From contig CALEQZ010000041.1 in NCBI GenBank assembly GCA_937908115.1, positions 73,544 through 137,543 on the forward strand: DNA of 64,000 bases, given 5' to 3'. This stretch comes from an uncultured Alcaligenaceae bacterium (lineage in GTDB: Bacteria > Pseudomonadota > Gammaproteobacteria > Burkholderiales > Burkholderiaceae_B). This document shows, in pieces, positions 27,864 to 36,877 of this stretch (position 1 is its first letter; each line of letters opens with the position of its first letter). The translations under genes and the position numbers were made by a program. The notes under the pieces are model-generated. The model was not told the origin of the DNA, did not search any database, and was given only the letters and a program-made list of their open reading frames with translations.

Positions 27864-29375
27864 ATGACTGCTTTGTTCCGGGGCCGGCGCCCTCGCGTGG
27901 CCTATGCCGCCTTCAATACCGAGTCCGTCAGCTTTCTTCCCGTTTACTGCACGGTGCAGGATTTCGAGCGCGTGGCCCTGCGCGGCGCCGACATCGTCGA
28001 AAAGCTGCGCGGCACCAATACGGTTCCGGGTGGCGTCATCGAGGTGTTCGAAAATCAGGGCATAGAAATTGTGCCCATCGTCCATACGCTGCTGGGCGCG
28101 CTTGGGCCGGTCACCGACGAGGCGGTGGATTTTTACGCCGATGAGATCTGCGCTGCATTGCGCGCGCAAACGCCCGGCGTCGATGGCGTGCTGCTCTACC
28201 TGCACGGTGCATGCGCGGCCGACGCCTATCCGGACGTCGAGCGCCACATCATCGACAGAGTGCGGCAGGCGATTGGCCAGCGCATCCCGCTCGTGGTGGC
28301 GCTCGACTATCACGGCAACATCGACGCGGACACCGTGGCCAACGCCGATGCGGCGTTCGCCTATCACCAGTCGCCGCACATCGACATGGGCGACACGGGG
28401 CGGCGTGCGGCAAACTGCATGGCGCGCATGTTGGCCGGGGAAATCCGCCCAGCGATGGCGGTGGCCAAGCCGGGTGTGCTAGTTCCTAGCATTTTCAGCG
28501 CAACCAACTTGGAACCACTGGCCAGCCTGATCGCTGCTGCGCGCCGCATGGAAGCGCAAAGCAATGCCTACCTCGATATCTCCATCATGGCGGGGTTTTC
28601 GTATGCCGACGCGCACAACACTGGCTTTTCGGTGCTATGCGTGCTGGACGGGACGAAGGAACAGGCTGCCGCCATCGCGCAGCGCCTGGCCGATGACATC
28701 CGTGCCCAACGCCACGCACTGTACCGGCCCTTGAAGGTGTACCAGCTCGACGAGGCGTTGGACCGCGTGCAGCAAGGATTACCCCATGCGACGCGCCCGT
28801 ACCTGTTGCTCGAGCATGCCGACCGCATGAATGATTCGACCTACGTGCTGGCCGCGGTGCTCGAGCGCGGCTTGAAGAACGTCGCCGTGCCTTACTTGCT
28901 GGATCCTGCCGCGGCACAGGCCGCCTACGAGGCAGGGGAGGGCGCCGAGGTGACGCTACGGCTGGGCGGGCACAGCTCACCCAAGGCAGGGCCGACCCTG
29001 ACCGTCAATGCGGTGGTCGAGCGCGCCGGACCGATTTCCTACCGCGTGACGGGCAACTACCAGCGCGGCATGCCGGTCGACCTCGGCGTGACGGCGCTGC
29101 TGCGCGTCGACGGGGTTTCGATCAGCGTGGTCAGCCGCTTTGCCTTCGCGGTCGACGGAGATCCTTTCTACCTATTTGGACAGAAACCCGAAGATTTCGA
29201 CGTGATCGTGCTGCGGTCCAAGACGCATTTCCGCGACTTTTACGAGCCGCGCGTCGAGGAAATCCTCATCGTTGATACGCCCGATTACGGGCCGGCCGAC
29301 CTGACGTCTATCGATTACCGTCGGCTTGACCGGCGCGGGGTTTACCCATTCGACGAATCCGACGTGCCGGCTTGA
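27864..29375 (+). CDS. M81-family metallopeptidase (MlrC/microcystinase C-like)
   Basis: 503 aa. It shows the family-typical N-terminal RVAYAAFNTESVSFLP, the HGAC..D..E region (LYLHGACAADAYPDVE), and the C-terminal MlrC domain (VLRSKTHFRDFY). Confidence 0.85.
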   Translation: MTALFRGRRPRVAYAAFNTESVSFLPVYCTVQDFERVALRGADIVEKLRGTNTVPGGVIEVFENQGIEIVPIVHTLLGALGPVTDEAVDFYADEICAALRAQTPGVDGVLLYLHGACAADAYPDVERHIIDRVRQAIGQRIPLVVALDYHGNIDADTVANADAAFAYHQSPHIDMGDTGRRAANCMARMLAGEIRPAMAVAKPGVLVPSIFSATNLEPLASLIAAARRMEAQSNAYLDISIMAGFSYADAHNTGFSVLCVLDGTKEQAAAIAQRLADDIRAQRHALYRPLKVYQLDEALDRVQQGLPHATRPYLLLEHADRMNDSTYVLAAVLERGLKNVAVPYLLDPAAAQAAYEAGEGAEVTLRLGGHSSPKAGPTLTVNAVVERAGPISYRVTGNYQRGMPVDLGVTALLRVDGVSISVVSRFAFAVDGDPFYLFGQKPEDFDVIVLRSKTHFRDFYEPRVEEILIVDTPDYGPADLTSIDYRRLDRRGVYPFDESDVPA

Positions 29376-30270
29376 TCGTTTCGGGTGCGGGCGTCGCGTA
29401 GGCCCCCATGCTGGTGAGCTGGCCTTCGGCCTCCTCGAGCGTCTTGACCGCGTCCTTACCTGCGAGTGTCAGCAGTTGCTGTGCCAAGGCTTCGGCAGCC
29501 AGGATTCCGGCGGCGATCGACGGAAAAAACGATGGGCTGTCGACCGAAAAAAGTATGCTGCGGTCAGCACGTAGCGCTAGCGGTGACAGCGAGCTGTCGG
29601 TCAGCGCGACGACCGGGCAGCCGGCATTGGCGGCTGCATCCACGGTGCGCAATGCTTCCTGCGAATAGGGCGCGAAGCTGATCGCCAGCACGGCGTCGTC
29701 GGGCGACAGGCCTCGCAGCTCCATCTCCAGCGTGCCGGCCTCGCCCCGGATCAGGTCAACGGCGCCGCGAAACAGCCGGCACACGTACTGGAAGGCGAAT
29801 GCAATGGGAAAGCAGGCTCGAAACCCGGCGACGCGGATGACCTTGGCGCGGTGAAGCAGCCGCGCTGCGGCCGCGATGTCTTGGGTGGATTGATTGCGCA
29901 ATGCCTCGAGGTTGCGGTATTGCGCCTGCACGATCTCGTCGAGCAGGTCTTGCCTGCCGGAAATTCCGACCAGCTTGCGGGCGCGGACGGCATAGGACAG
30001 GTGGTTGTCGCGCAGCGCCTGGACGAACAGTGCGCGCAGCGACTGCCAGCCGTCGAAACCCAGCCGCTGCGCCAGCCGCACCAGCGTGGCGGGTTGCACG
30101 CCCGCGCGCGCGGCGATGGCGCGCATGGATGCCAGCGGGACTTCGTCGGGATTGTCAATCAGGTAGCGCAGCGCCAGCTGGTGCTGCGGGCTGAATTCAG
30201 CAAAGCGGTCACGGCAGAGCTTGCTGAGCTCGGCCAGTGTCCGGGGCGCGGCGTGGGATGCAACGGGCAT
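29308..30270 (-). CDS. MurR/RpiR-family transcriptional regulator (HTH_6 plus SIS domain)
   Basis: It has HTH SMRAIAARAGVQPATLVRLAQRLGFDGW and a SIS domain. Its Arg-rich C-terminal tail overlaps the convergent MlrC-like gene by 68 nt. Confidence 0.88.
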   Translation of the reverse strand: MPVASHAAPRTLAELSKLCRDRFAEFSPQHQLALRYLIDNPDEVPLASMRAIAARAGVQPATLVRLAQRLGFDGWQSLRALFVQALRDNHLSYAVRARKLVGISGRQDLLDEIVQAQYRNLEALRNQSTQDIAAAARLLHRAKVIRVAGFRACFPIAFAFQYVCRLFRGAVDLIRGEAGTLEMELRGLSPDDAVLAISFAPYSQEALRTVDAAANAGCPVVALTDSSLSPLALRADRSILFSVDSPSFFPSIAAGILAAEALAQQLLTLAGKDAVKTLEEAEGQLTSMGAYATPAPETIKPARRIRRMGKPRAGQADGNR

Positions 30271-30297
30271 GGCGATCGCCGGGGATCGGGGGCGCGG

Positions 30298-31026
30298 CTA
30301 CGCCGTCGACCCGCGCGCCTGGGCGATCAAGTCCCCGAGCTTGCGGATCTGGCGGCCCTGCTCGTCGAAGTTGGACGCATCCAGCCACTGCTCGTAGGCC
30401 TTGCGCAGCAACGGATATTCGCCGTCGATGATGGAATACCAGGCGGTGTCGCGGTTGCGACCCCGCGTGACCACTGCCTGGCGGAAGATCCCCTCGAACG
30501 TAAAGCCGTAGCGTTGCGCCGCGGCACGCGACGGGGCGTTGAGCGAATCGCACTTCCATTCGAAGCGGCGGTAGCCCAGGTCCTCGAAGACGAGCTTGAG
30601 CAGCAAGGCCATGACCTCGGTGGAAATGCGCGTGCGCTTCATGCGCGGCGAGTAGGTGACGCTGCCGACCTCGATGACGCCGTTGGGCGCGTCGATGCGC
30701 ATCAGGGCGAAGGTGCCCACGGCCTGGCCGCTGGCCAGGTCGATGACCGCGTGGTGCATGGGGTCGGTCAGCGGCGCGATGCGCTGCAAGTAGTCGCGGT
30801 ACGCTTCGAAGGAATCGAACGGTCCGGTAAACAGGTAGGTCCAGTCGCGTCCATCGGGCGCGTCCTGATGGGCCTGCCAAAGCTCGGCAGCATGGCGCTC
30901 GACGTCCAGGCGTTCGATCCGGCAATAACGGCCGGTCAGGGTGCGCCCGTCCGGCAGTTGCGCGCCGTTCCAGTGCGGCAGGGCGGCGCCGATGGGTTGT
31001 CCGAATTCGTTCAGTCTCGTCGTCAA
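30298..31026 (-). CDS. GNAT-family N-acetyltransferase (RimJ/RimL-like)
   Basis: 242 aa with the acetyl-CoA binding region GYRRFEWKCDSLNAPSRAAAQRYGFTFEG. Confidence 0.85.
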   Translation of the reverse strand: MTTRLNEFGQPIGAALPHWNGAQLPDGRTLTGRYCRIERLDVERHAAELWQAHQDAPDGRDWTYLFTGPFDSFEAYRDYLQRIAPLTDPMHHAVIDLASGQAVGTFALMRIDAPNGVIEVGSVTYSPRMKRTRISTEVMALLLKLVFEDLGYRRFEWKCDSLNAPSRAAAQRYGFTFEGIFRQAVVTRGRNRDTAWYSIIDGEYPLLRKAYEQWLDASNFDEQGRQIRKLGDLIAQARGSTA

Positions 31027-31057
31027 GGTGGTCTCCGGCGTTGGGTGGGCAGGCAGA

Positions 31058-31750
31058 TTATTCCAGACCGAGCATGCCGGCCAGGCTTTGTCCGGTCGGC
31101 GGCTGCACGAGCTGGATGTGTTGTTCCAACGCCTTCAGGTGCGCGTCCATTTCGGCGATGGCGTCGGCGACCCTGCCGCGCTCCAGGCAGTCCACGACGC
31201 GCGCGTGCTCCTCGTGCTCGCAGGTGGCGTTGCCCGGCGGCTGAAAGATCGCCACGATGAGCGAGCAGCGCGAGATCACCTCGTTCAGGTAGCGCTGCAG
31301 CATGGCGTTGCGCGATAGTTCGCCCAGGCGCTGGTGGAAGGCGCTGGCCAGGCGTGCCCATTGCGTTTGGTCGTGGCTGTGCATGGCTCGCCTTTCGGTG
31401 CGCAGTAGGCGCCGCAGCGAAGCGTAATCGCTCTTGGTGGCACGTTCGGCCACCAACGGCAGGATGGCCGCCTCCAGTGCGCGGCGCGTTTCGAACAGTT
31501 CGCCAATTTCCGCCCGGCTGGGCATGGCGACCATGGCGCCGCGATTCGGGCGCAGTTCCACCACGTGGTCGTGGGCGAGCCGCCGCAGCACTTTCTGCAC
31601 CAGCGACCGGCCGACGCCGAAAAGCTCGCAAAGCGCCGCCTCGGGCAGCTTGGTTCCCGGCTTGAGCCGCTGGCTCATGACGCTTTCGACCACCGCCGCA
31701 TAGATGCGGGTTTCCATGTCCTGCGCCGGGGCGTCGGCGGCCTGGCGCAT
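31058..31750 (-). CDS. GntR-family regulator (FadR/FCD subfamily)
   Basis: The wHTH is LPEAALCELFGVGRSLVQKVLRRLAHDHVVELRPNRGAMV, followed by a helical FCD domain. The start is ATG 31750, with an alternative at 31717. The rest of ORF 31058..32020 is an Arg/Ala-rich extension and is unlikely to be coding. Confidence 0.85.
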   Translation of the reverse strand: MRQAADAPAQDMETRIYAAVVESVMSQRLKPGTKLPEAALCELFGVGRSLVQKVLRRLAHDHVVELRPNRGAMVAMPSRAEIGELFETRRALEAAILPLVAERATKSDYASLRRLLRTERRAMHSHDQTQWARLASAFHQRLGELSRNAMLQRYLNEVISRCSLIVAIFQPPGNATCEHEEHARVVDCLERGRVADAIAEMDAHLKALEQHIQLVQPPTGQSLAGMLGLE

Positions 31751-31901
31751 TGCGTCCGGACGCACTTTGGGACGCCCGCGCGCCGGCCGCGCGGACGTGG
31801 CCGCCTGGCTGCGGGCGGCGCGCGTGGCGCGGCTGCTGGGGGTGGGGAGCTTGGCGGCTGGCTTCCTCATGAATGCGAGCGGTGGGCGCGATCGTCGCGC
31901 G

Positions 31902-33155
31902 CTATTGTGCCACCGCCGCGCCGGTCGCATCGTGCGCCGTGCCCGTGCCAAGGGCCGCGGCGCGTTGGCCGATTTCGCAGGCCAGGGCGATGAGCGCCTG
32001 GTCGCTGCCGGCCGGGCCAAGCAGCGATACGCCGCGCGGCAATCCGTCTGCGCCCAGGAATGGAATGCTGACTTGCGGCAGCCCGGCCAACCCGGCCAGC
32101 GACGTGATCCGGAAGGTCTGTGCGCGGATGCCGTCTATCGTGTCGGGGTCGGCGTCGCGCCGGGGCGGGGCGCTGGAAGCCGACGGCAGGATGGCGAAAC
32201 CGTCTTCGCCGAGCAGGCTGCGCAGTTCGGCGCGCAGCGTCTCTTGCAAGGCGGCTGCCGCGGCGACCTCGTCGATGCCGATGGCTGCAGCCGCTCGCCA
32301 GCGTCCCTCGATGGCTGCCCCAAAGCGCGGATGGGTGCGCGTGATCCAGTCGGCATGTGTGCGCCAGGCGTCGTATGCCGACAGGGTGACGTAAGTCCGT
32401 CGCCAGGTTTCCAGGTCGGTCGACGATGCCGGCTGCGTCGTCGCGGCAACGCCAAGGTAGTCCTCGGCCGCGGCGGCGACCCGGTCGACCAGCGGCTGGA
32501 ACTCGGCCTCGGCCTGTGCGCAGGCGTCCTGCAACACGACGGCGCGGCGCCATGCGCGCGGGCGTTCCGGGCCCAGGAGCACAGGGCCGACCCGGGCAAA
32601 GGTTTCGGCATGCGCTGCCAACCACGTGGCCGTGTCGAACTGTGGCGACAGCGGCACCAACCCAGCTGAGGACACCCTTGCATGCGTGGTGCGCAGGCCC
32701 CATAGCCCGCAGTAGCTCGCCGGCACGCGCGTCGAGCCGCCGGTGTCCGTGGCGAGCGCAAAATCGCACAGGCCTGCGGCCACCGCCGAGGCCGACCCGC
32801 TGGATGATCCGCCTGGCACGTGGTCAGGCGCGCGACTGTTGAGCGGCGTGCCGTAGTGCGCGTTGTCGCCGTGGATGCTGTAGGCCAACTCGTCGGTAAT
32901 GGTCTTGCCCACGAGTTCGGCGCCGGCCGCAAGCAGGGCATGCACGGCCGCGCTGTGCGAGGCGGCTGGCGCATGGGTGGCCAGCCAGTCGGGGTTGCCC
33001 GCGCCGGTGGTGCGGCCGGCGACGTCGAACAGGTCCTTGGCGGCAAAGCGCAAACCTTCCAGCGGGCCGCTGGCGTTGGCGGGCAAGCGAAAGCGTCCGT
33101 GCGGTACCCAGGCGCCGGCGGTGTCTTCGAACGGCAGGGGGAATACGGTGGTCAT
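31902..33155 (-). CDS. amidase (amidase-signature family)
   Basis: It carries the AS signature GGSSSGSASAVAAGLCDFALATDTGGSTRVPASYCG and the catalytic Lys context FAAKDLFDV. Confidence 0.9.
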   Translation of the reverse strand: MTTVFPLPFEDTAGAWVPHGRFRLPANASGPLEGLRFAAKDLFDVAGRTTGAGNPDWLATHAPAASHSAAVHALLAAGAELVGKTITDELAYSIHGDNAHYGTPLNSRAPDHVPGGSSSGSASAVAAGLCDFALATDTGGSTRVPASYCGLWGLRTTHARVSSAGLVPLSPQFDTATWLAAHAETFARVGPVLLGPERPRAWRRAVVLQDACAQAEAEFQPLVDRVAAAAEDYLGVAATTQPASSTDLETWRRTYVTLSAYDAWRTHADWITRTHPRFGAAIEGRWRAAAAIGIDEVAAAAALQETLRAELRSLLGEDGFAILPSASSAPPRRDADPDTIDGIRAQTFRITSLAGLAGLPQVSIPFLGADGLPRGVSLLGPAGSDQALIALACEIGQRAAALGTGTAHDATGAAVAQ

Positions 33156-33162
33156 CGGGCAA

Positions 33163-34092
33163 TCATCCTTCCAAGGAAAATAAGGTATCGACGTGGCGGC
33201 AGATCTCGCCCGGCGTGGTGATCCACACCTGGCCGGGCGCGCGGTGCGACGCGATGTGTGACAGGGCGCGCCGCAGGTGGCGCAGGCGGTAGGGCTGGCC
33301 GACCAGGTAAGGGTGTAGCGCGATGCCCATCACCAGCGGCTGGCGCTGCGCCTGCACCAGCATCTCATCGAAGTGGTCGATGATGAGCTGGGCGAAGTCC
33401 TTGCCGTCCATTTGGCGCGTCACGATCATGGGGATGTCGTTGACTTCCTGCGGGTAGGGTACCGACCACAGGGTGCCTTGGCGCGTGCGCATGCGCACCG
33501 GCTGATCATCGTGGCACCAATTCAGCGTGTAGGCGTAACCCGCCTCGGCAAGCAGGTCCGGTGTGCTGGACGATTCGGCGATCCACGGCGACAGCCAGCC
33601 TCGCACCGCTGCGCCACCCGCCTGCGCGAGCCGGTCGCGGCAGTAGCGCAGCAATGCCGCTTCGTCGGCTTCGGAAAATCCGCCCTGGTGCTGCGAATTG
33701 GTGTGGCCGTGTCCGATCAGCTCGTCGCCGCGCGCAACGAACGCGTCGATGACTTCCGGGCAATGGTCCAGGATGGCGGTGTTGGCGATGACGCCGGCTG
33801 GCATGCCCAGCGTATCCAGTAGCTCCAGGCAGCGCCAGGCGCCGACGCGGTTGCCGTATTCGCGCCAACTGTAGTTGAGCACGTCGGGCTCGCCCCATGC
33901 CGCGCCCAGCCGAGCGCCCATGCCGGTGCCCCATGCAAAGTGCTCGATGTTCAGGCCGATGTAGACGGCCAGCTTGCAGCCTTGCGGCCAGTCGTAATGC
34001 GGACGCCGGGTGATGGCGCTGTATTCGAACCGTCCGTGCGAGGGCAGGGGCCCGAACGCCGGCTTGTCCGCAGGCAATACCGGCGTGCTCAT
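33163..34092 (-). CDS. polysaccharide deacetylase-family (CE4) hydrolase, PuuE-like
   Basis: Internal ATG (MSTPVLPAD..) of ORF 33163..34350 overlaps the upstream stop (ATGA). It is 309 aa with CE4-like HGHTN and the WPQGCKLAVYIGLNIEHF pattern. Confidence 0.85.
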   Translation of the reverse strand: MSTPVLPADKPAFGPLPSHGRFEYSAITRRPHYDWPQGCKLAVYIGLNIEHFAWGTGMGARLGAAWGEPDVLNYSWREYGNRVGAWRCLELLDTLGMPAGVIANTAILDHCPEVIDAFVARGDELIGHGHTNSQHQGGFSEADEAALLRYCRDRLAQAGGAAVRGWLSPWIAESSSTPDLLAEAGYAYTLNWCHDDQPVRMRTRQGTLWSVPYPQEVNDIPMIVTRQMDGKDFAQLIIDHFDEMLVQAQRQPLVMGIALHPYLVGQPYRLRHLRRALSHIASHRAPGQVWITTPGEICRHVDTLFSLEG

Positions 34093-34532
34093 GGCTGCGC
34101 CAGCCCGGCCTGCACCAGCAGCCATTCGGCGCTGTCGTTCCAGACGTCCATTTCGGTAATCAGCCCGTCGCGCAGCACATAGCGGTCGACGTAGCGGTTG
34201 CCTTCGAAAGGCGTGCCGTCGGGCCATTCGCCGTATAGCGTGCCCCGGTTGTAGACCACCGCATGCGCAGGCGTGACGCCGACCACGACGTCGGTGGATT
34301 CGAAGCGTTTCTTCACCCAGCGGTAGCGAGATTGATTGAAGGCCGTGCACTGCGCGGGGTCGGTCATCTCGCGCCCGCCGGTAAAGCGGATCCGCAGCGT
34401 CGGCGCAACAAACTGCCGGGCCGCCTGCGGGTCGGGCTTCATCAACAGCGTCAGGTAGGTATCGACGATGTCCCGGGCGGCTGCAGCGGCATCATGCACC
34501 GCTTCGGTGTCCAACTTTGGTGCGTTCGGCAT
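34089..34532 (-). CDS. NTF2-like/SnoaL-like small protein
   Basis: Internal ATG (MPNAPKLD..) of ORF 34089..34670, 147 aa. Composition and length fit a SnoaL-type fold. It is the first gene of the amidase operon. Confidence 0.65.
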   Translation of the reverse strand: MPNAPKLDTEAVHDAAAAARDIVDTYLTLLMKPDPQAARQFVAPTLRIRFTGGREMTDPAQCTAFNQSRYRWVKKRFESTDVVVGVTPAHAVVYNRGTLYGEWPDGTPFEGNRYVDRYVLRDGLITEMDVWNDSAEWLLVQAGLAQP

Positions 34533-34547
34533 GTTTGCTCCTGAATC

Positions 34548-34564
34548 TGCACTACCAAGGTGCG
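34548..34564. promoter_or_regulatory. NtrC-type enhancer-like palindrome
   Basis: TGCACT-ACCAA-GGTGCG compared with the recalled consensus TGCACC-N5-GGTGCA. It lies about 170 nt upstream of the sigma-54-like promoter and 16 nt from the divergent gene start. Confidence 0.45.
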
Positions 34565-34717
34565 CAAAAGAACGGCAGGTTGGTTCGGCGGCAGGCCCAG
34601 AAAGCGGGAATTTTTGTCGCCGAAACGACACATTTTTTGTCGTCAATAAATACTGCTGGATTGTGGGCAATAAAACAAGTGCCCGGTACGCCCAAAATGC
34701 CGTGCGGCGGGCAGGGT

Positions 34718-34732
34718 TGGCATGCCATTTGC
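34718..34732 (+). promoter_or_regulatory. sigma-54 (-24/-12) type promoter for the LIV-type ABC operon
   Basis: TGGCAT-GCCAT-TTGC has GG and GC 12 nt apart and matches TGGCAC-N5-TTGC. It is 69 nt upstream of the ATG at 34801, with an AT-rich tract between it and the enhancer-like site. Confidence 0.5.
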
Positions 34733-34800
34733 TTGTGGTTGGACGTCATGGGTCGGGTCGTTTCACCCAACCGCCACCGATACCCCAGGGGAGAACGTCA

Positions 34801-35985
34801 ATGCCTTGCTTGAAACGCCGCACTTTCCTTTCAGTCGCGCTCGCCTTGTCGTGCGCGGGATGGGCGGGCGCCGTATCGGCCGCCGAGCCGATCAAGATCG
34901 GCCTGATCACTGCGCTGTCTGGCCAGTCCGCGTTGGCGGGCGAAGCCATCACGCGCGGCATGCAGGTGGCCATCGACGAAATCAACGCCTCCGGCGGACT
35001 GCTGGGCGGGCGCAAGCTCGAACTCGTGCGCCGCGACGACGAAGCCAATCCGGCCAAGGGCGTGGTTGCTGCGCGCGACCTCATCTACAAGGAAAAGGTC
35101 GCCGTCATCTTCGGCGGCTTGGACACGCCGGTGTCGCTGGCCATCGTCCCGCTGGTCAACCAGGCCAAGAAACCCTTCATGGGACCGTGGGCGGCAGGCA
35201 CGCCCATCACCAAGAACGGCGCCGACCCCAACTTCGTGTTCCGCGTTTCGGCGGTAGATGAAATCGTCGACCAGGGCATGGTCGATTACGCGATCAAGAC
35301 CTTCGGTGCCAGCAAGTTTGGCCTGATCATGGTCAACAACCCCTGGGGGGAATCCAACGAGAAAGGCTTGGTGGCTGCGCTCGCAGCCAAGGGCATGCAG
35401 CCGGTCGGCAGCGAAAAATTCGAGGCCAACGATGTCGACGTGGTGCCGCAATTGAGCCGCCTGAAGGCGGCCGGCGCCGACGCGCTGTTTATGGTCGGCA
35501 ACGTCGGACCGTCGGCGCAGGTGGTCAAGTCGCTCGAGCGCATGGGCTGGCAAGTCCCGGTGGTGTCGCACTGGGGGCCGGCGGGCGGGCGCTTCAGCGA
35601 GCTGGCTGGGCCGCGCGCCAAGGACGTGCACTTCGTGCAGACCTACAGCTTCTTCGGCAAGCAATCGCCCGTGGGCGAAAAGGTCATTGCCGCCCTCAAG
35701 GCCAAGTATCCGGACGTCAAGGGGCCTGAAGATATTTCTCCGGCCGTCGGCGTGGCCAACGCCTACGACGCCATGCACCTGACGGCACTGGCCATCGCCA
35801 AGGCTGGCTCGACCGACGGGGACGCGATCCGCAAGGGCTTCTACGAGATCGGCACCTACCAAGGCCTGATCAAGACCTACGACAAGCCCTTTGCGCCGGA
35901 CAGGCACGACGCACTCGCCGCCGACGATTACGTCTGGGCGCAGTTCATCGACGGCCGCATCCTGCCGGTCGGCTTGAATCCATGA
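34801..35985 (+). CDS. ABC transporter substrate-binding protein (LivK/branched-chain amino acid or amide type)
   Basis: In-frame ATG within ORF 34468..35985. It has a signal peptide followed by EPIKIGLITALSGQSALAGE, as in Leu/Ile/Val-binding-protein relatives. Confidence 0.9.
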   Translation: MPCLKRRTFLSVALALSCAGWAGAVSAAEPIKIGLITALSGQSALAGEAITRGMQVAIDEINASGGLLGGRKLELVRRDDEANPAKGVVAARDLIYKEKVAVIFGGLDTPVSLAIVPLVNQAKKPFMGPWAAGTPITKNGADPNFVFRVSAVDEIVDQGMVDYAIKTFGASKFGLIMVNNPWGESNEKGLVAALAAKGMQPVGSEKFEANDVDVVPQLSRLKAAGADALFMVGNVGPSAQVVKSLERMGWQVPVVSHWGPAGGRFSELAGPRAKDVHFVQTYSFFGKQSPVGEKVIAALKAKYPDVKGPEDISPAVGVANAYDAMHLTALAIAKAGSTDGDAIRKGFYEIGTYQGLIKTYDKPFAPDRHDALAADDYVWAQFIDGRILPVGLNP

Positions 35986-35998
35986 CGGGCGGACAGCG

Positions 35999-36877
35999 AT
36001 GCAAGTGCTGGCCGCGTTGATCAGCGGACTGGGGCTGGGCAGCATGTACGGTCTCATGGCGCTGGGCTTTCACATCACCTACTCGGTATCGGGCACCGTC
36101 AACTTTGCGCAGGGCAGCTCCATGATGCTGGGCGCGGTGCTGTGCTTTACCTTCGCTCAGACGTTGGGCTGGCCGATGCCGTTGGCCATCGCGCTGGCGC
36201 TGCTGGCCTGCGCGGCCTACGGCCTGGTGGTGGAAATCCTTGCCGTGCGCCCCTTCGCCAGCCGGGATTCCAACGCCTGGCTGATGGCCACGGTGGCGTT
36301 GGGCATCGTCCTGGACAACGTGGTCATGCACACCTTCGGCAGGGAACCGCGCAGCCTGCCCTCGCCGCTGGCGCGCGCGCCGATCGAGGTCGCCGGGATG
36401 GGCCTGGGCGTTTATCCGCTGCAGATCCTGATTCCGGTCCTGGGCCTGGCGTTGGCTGCCTTGCTGCATAGGGTGGCGCGGCGCAGCCGCTGGGGCACGG
36501 CATTGCTGGCGGTCACGCAAAACCGCGATGCCGCGCGGCTGATGGGCATCCCGATCAAGCGGGCGATCGCCGCGGCCTTTGCAGTGTCGACCGTGCTGGC
36601 CGGCATCGCGGGCGTGTTGATCGCGCCGCTGTTCAACGTCAATGCCGACATGGGCACGATGTTCGGGCTCAAGGCGTTTGCCGTGGCGATTTTGGGTGGC
36701 ATCGCCAGCGCCTGGGGCGTGGTGCTGGCCGGCTTGATCTTTGGTGTTGCCGAGGCGATGGTTACGGTCTCCCTCGGTTCGGGCTATACGCAAATCATCA
36801 CATTCGCGCTGGTCATCGCCGTGCTGGCGTGCAAGCCCAACGGCTTGTTCGGGCGGGCGGAGGTCAAGAAAGTATGA
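35999..36877 (+). CDS. branched-chain amino acid ABC transporter permease (LivH type)
   Basis: 292 aa. The polytopic sequence LGLGSMYGLMALGFHITYSVSGTVNFAQG is typical of LivH. Confidence 0.92.
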   Translation: MQVLAALISGLGLGSMYGLMALGFHITYSVSGTVNFAQGSSMMLGAVLCFTFAQTLGWPMPLAIALALLACAAYGLVVEILAVRPFASRDSNAWLMATVALGIVLDNVVMHTFGREPRSLPSPLARAPIEVAGMGLGVYPLQILIPVLGLALAALLHRVARRSRWGTALLAVTQNRDAARLMGIPIKRAIAAAFAVSTVLAGIAGVLIAPLFNVNADMGTMFGLKAFAVAILGGIASAWGVVLAGLIFGVAEAMVTVSLGSGYTQIITFALVIAVLACKPNGLFGRAEVKKV

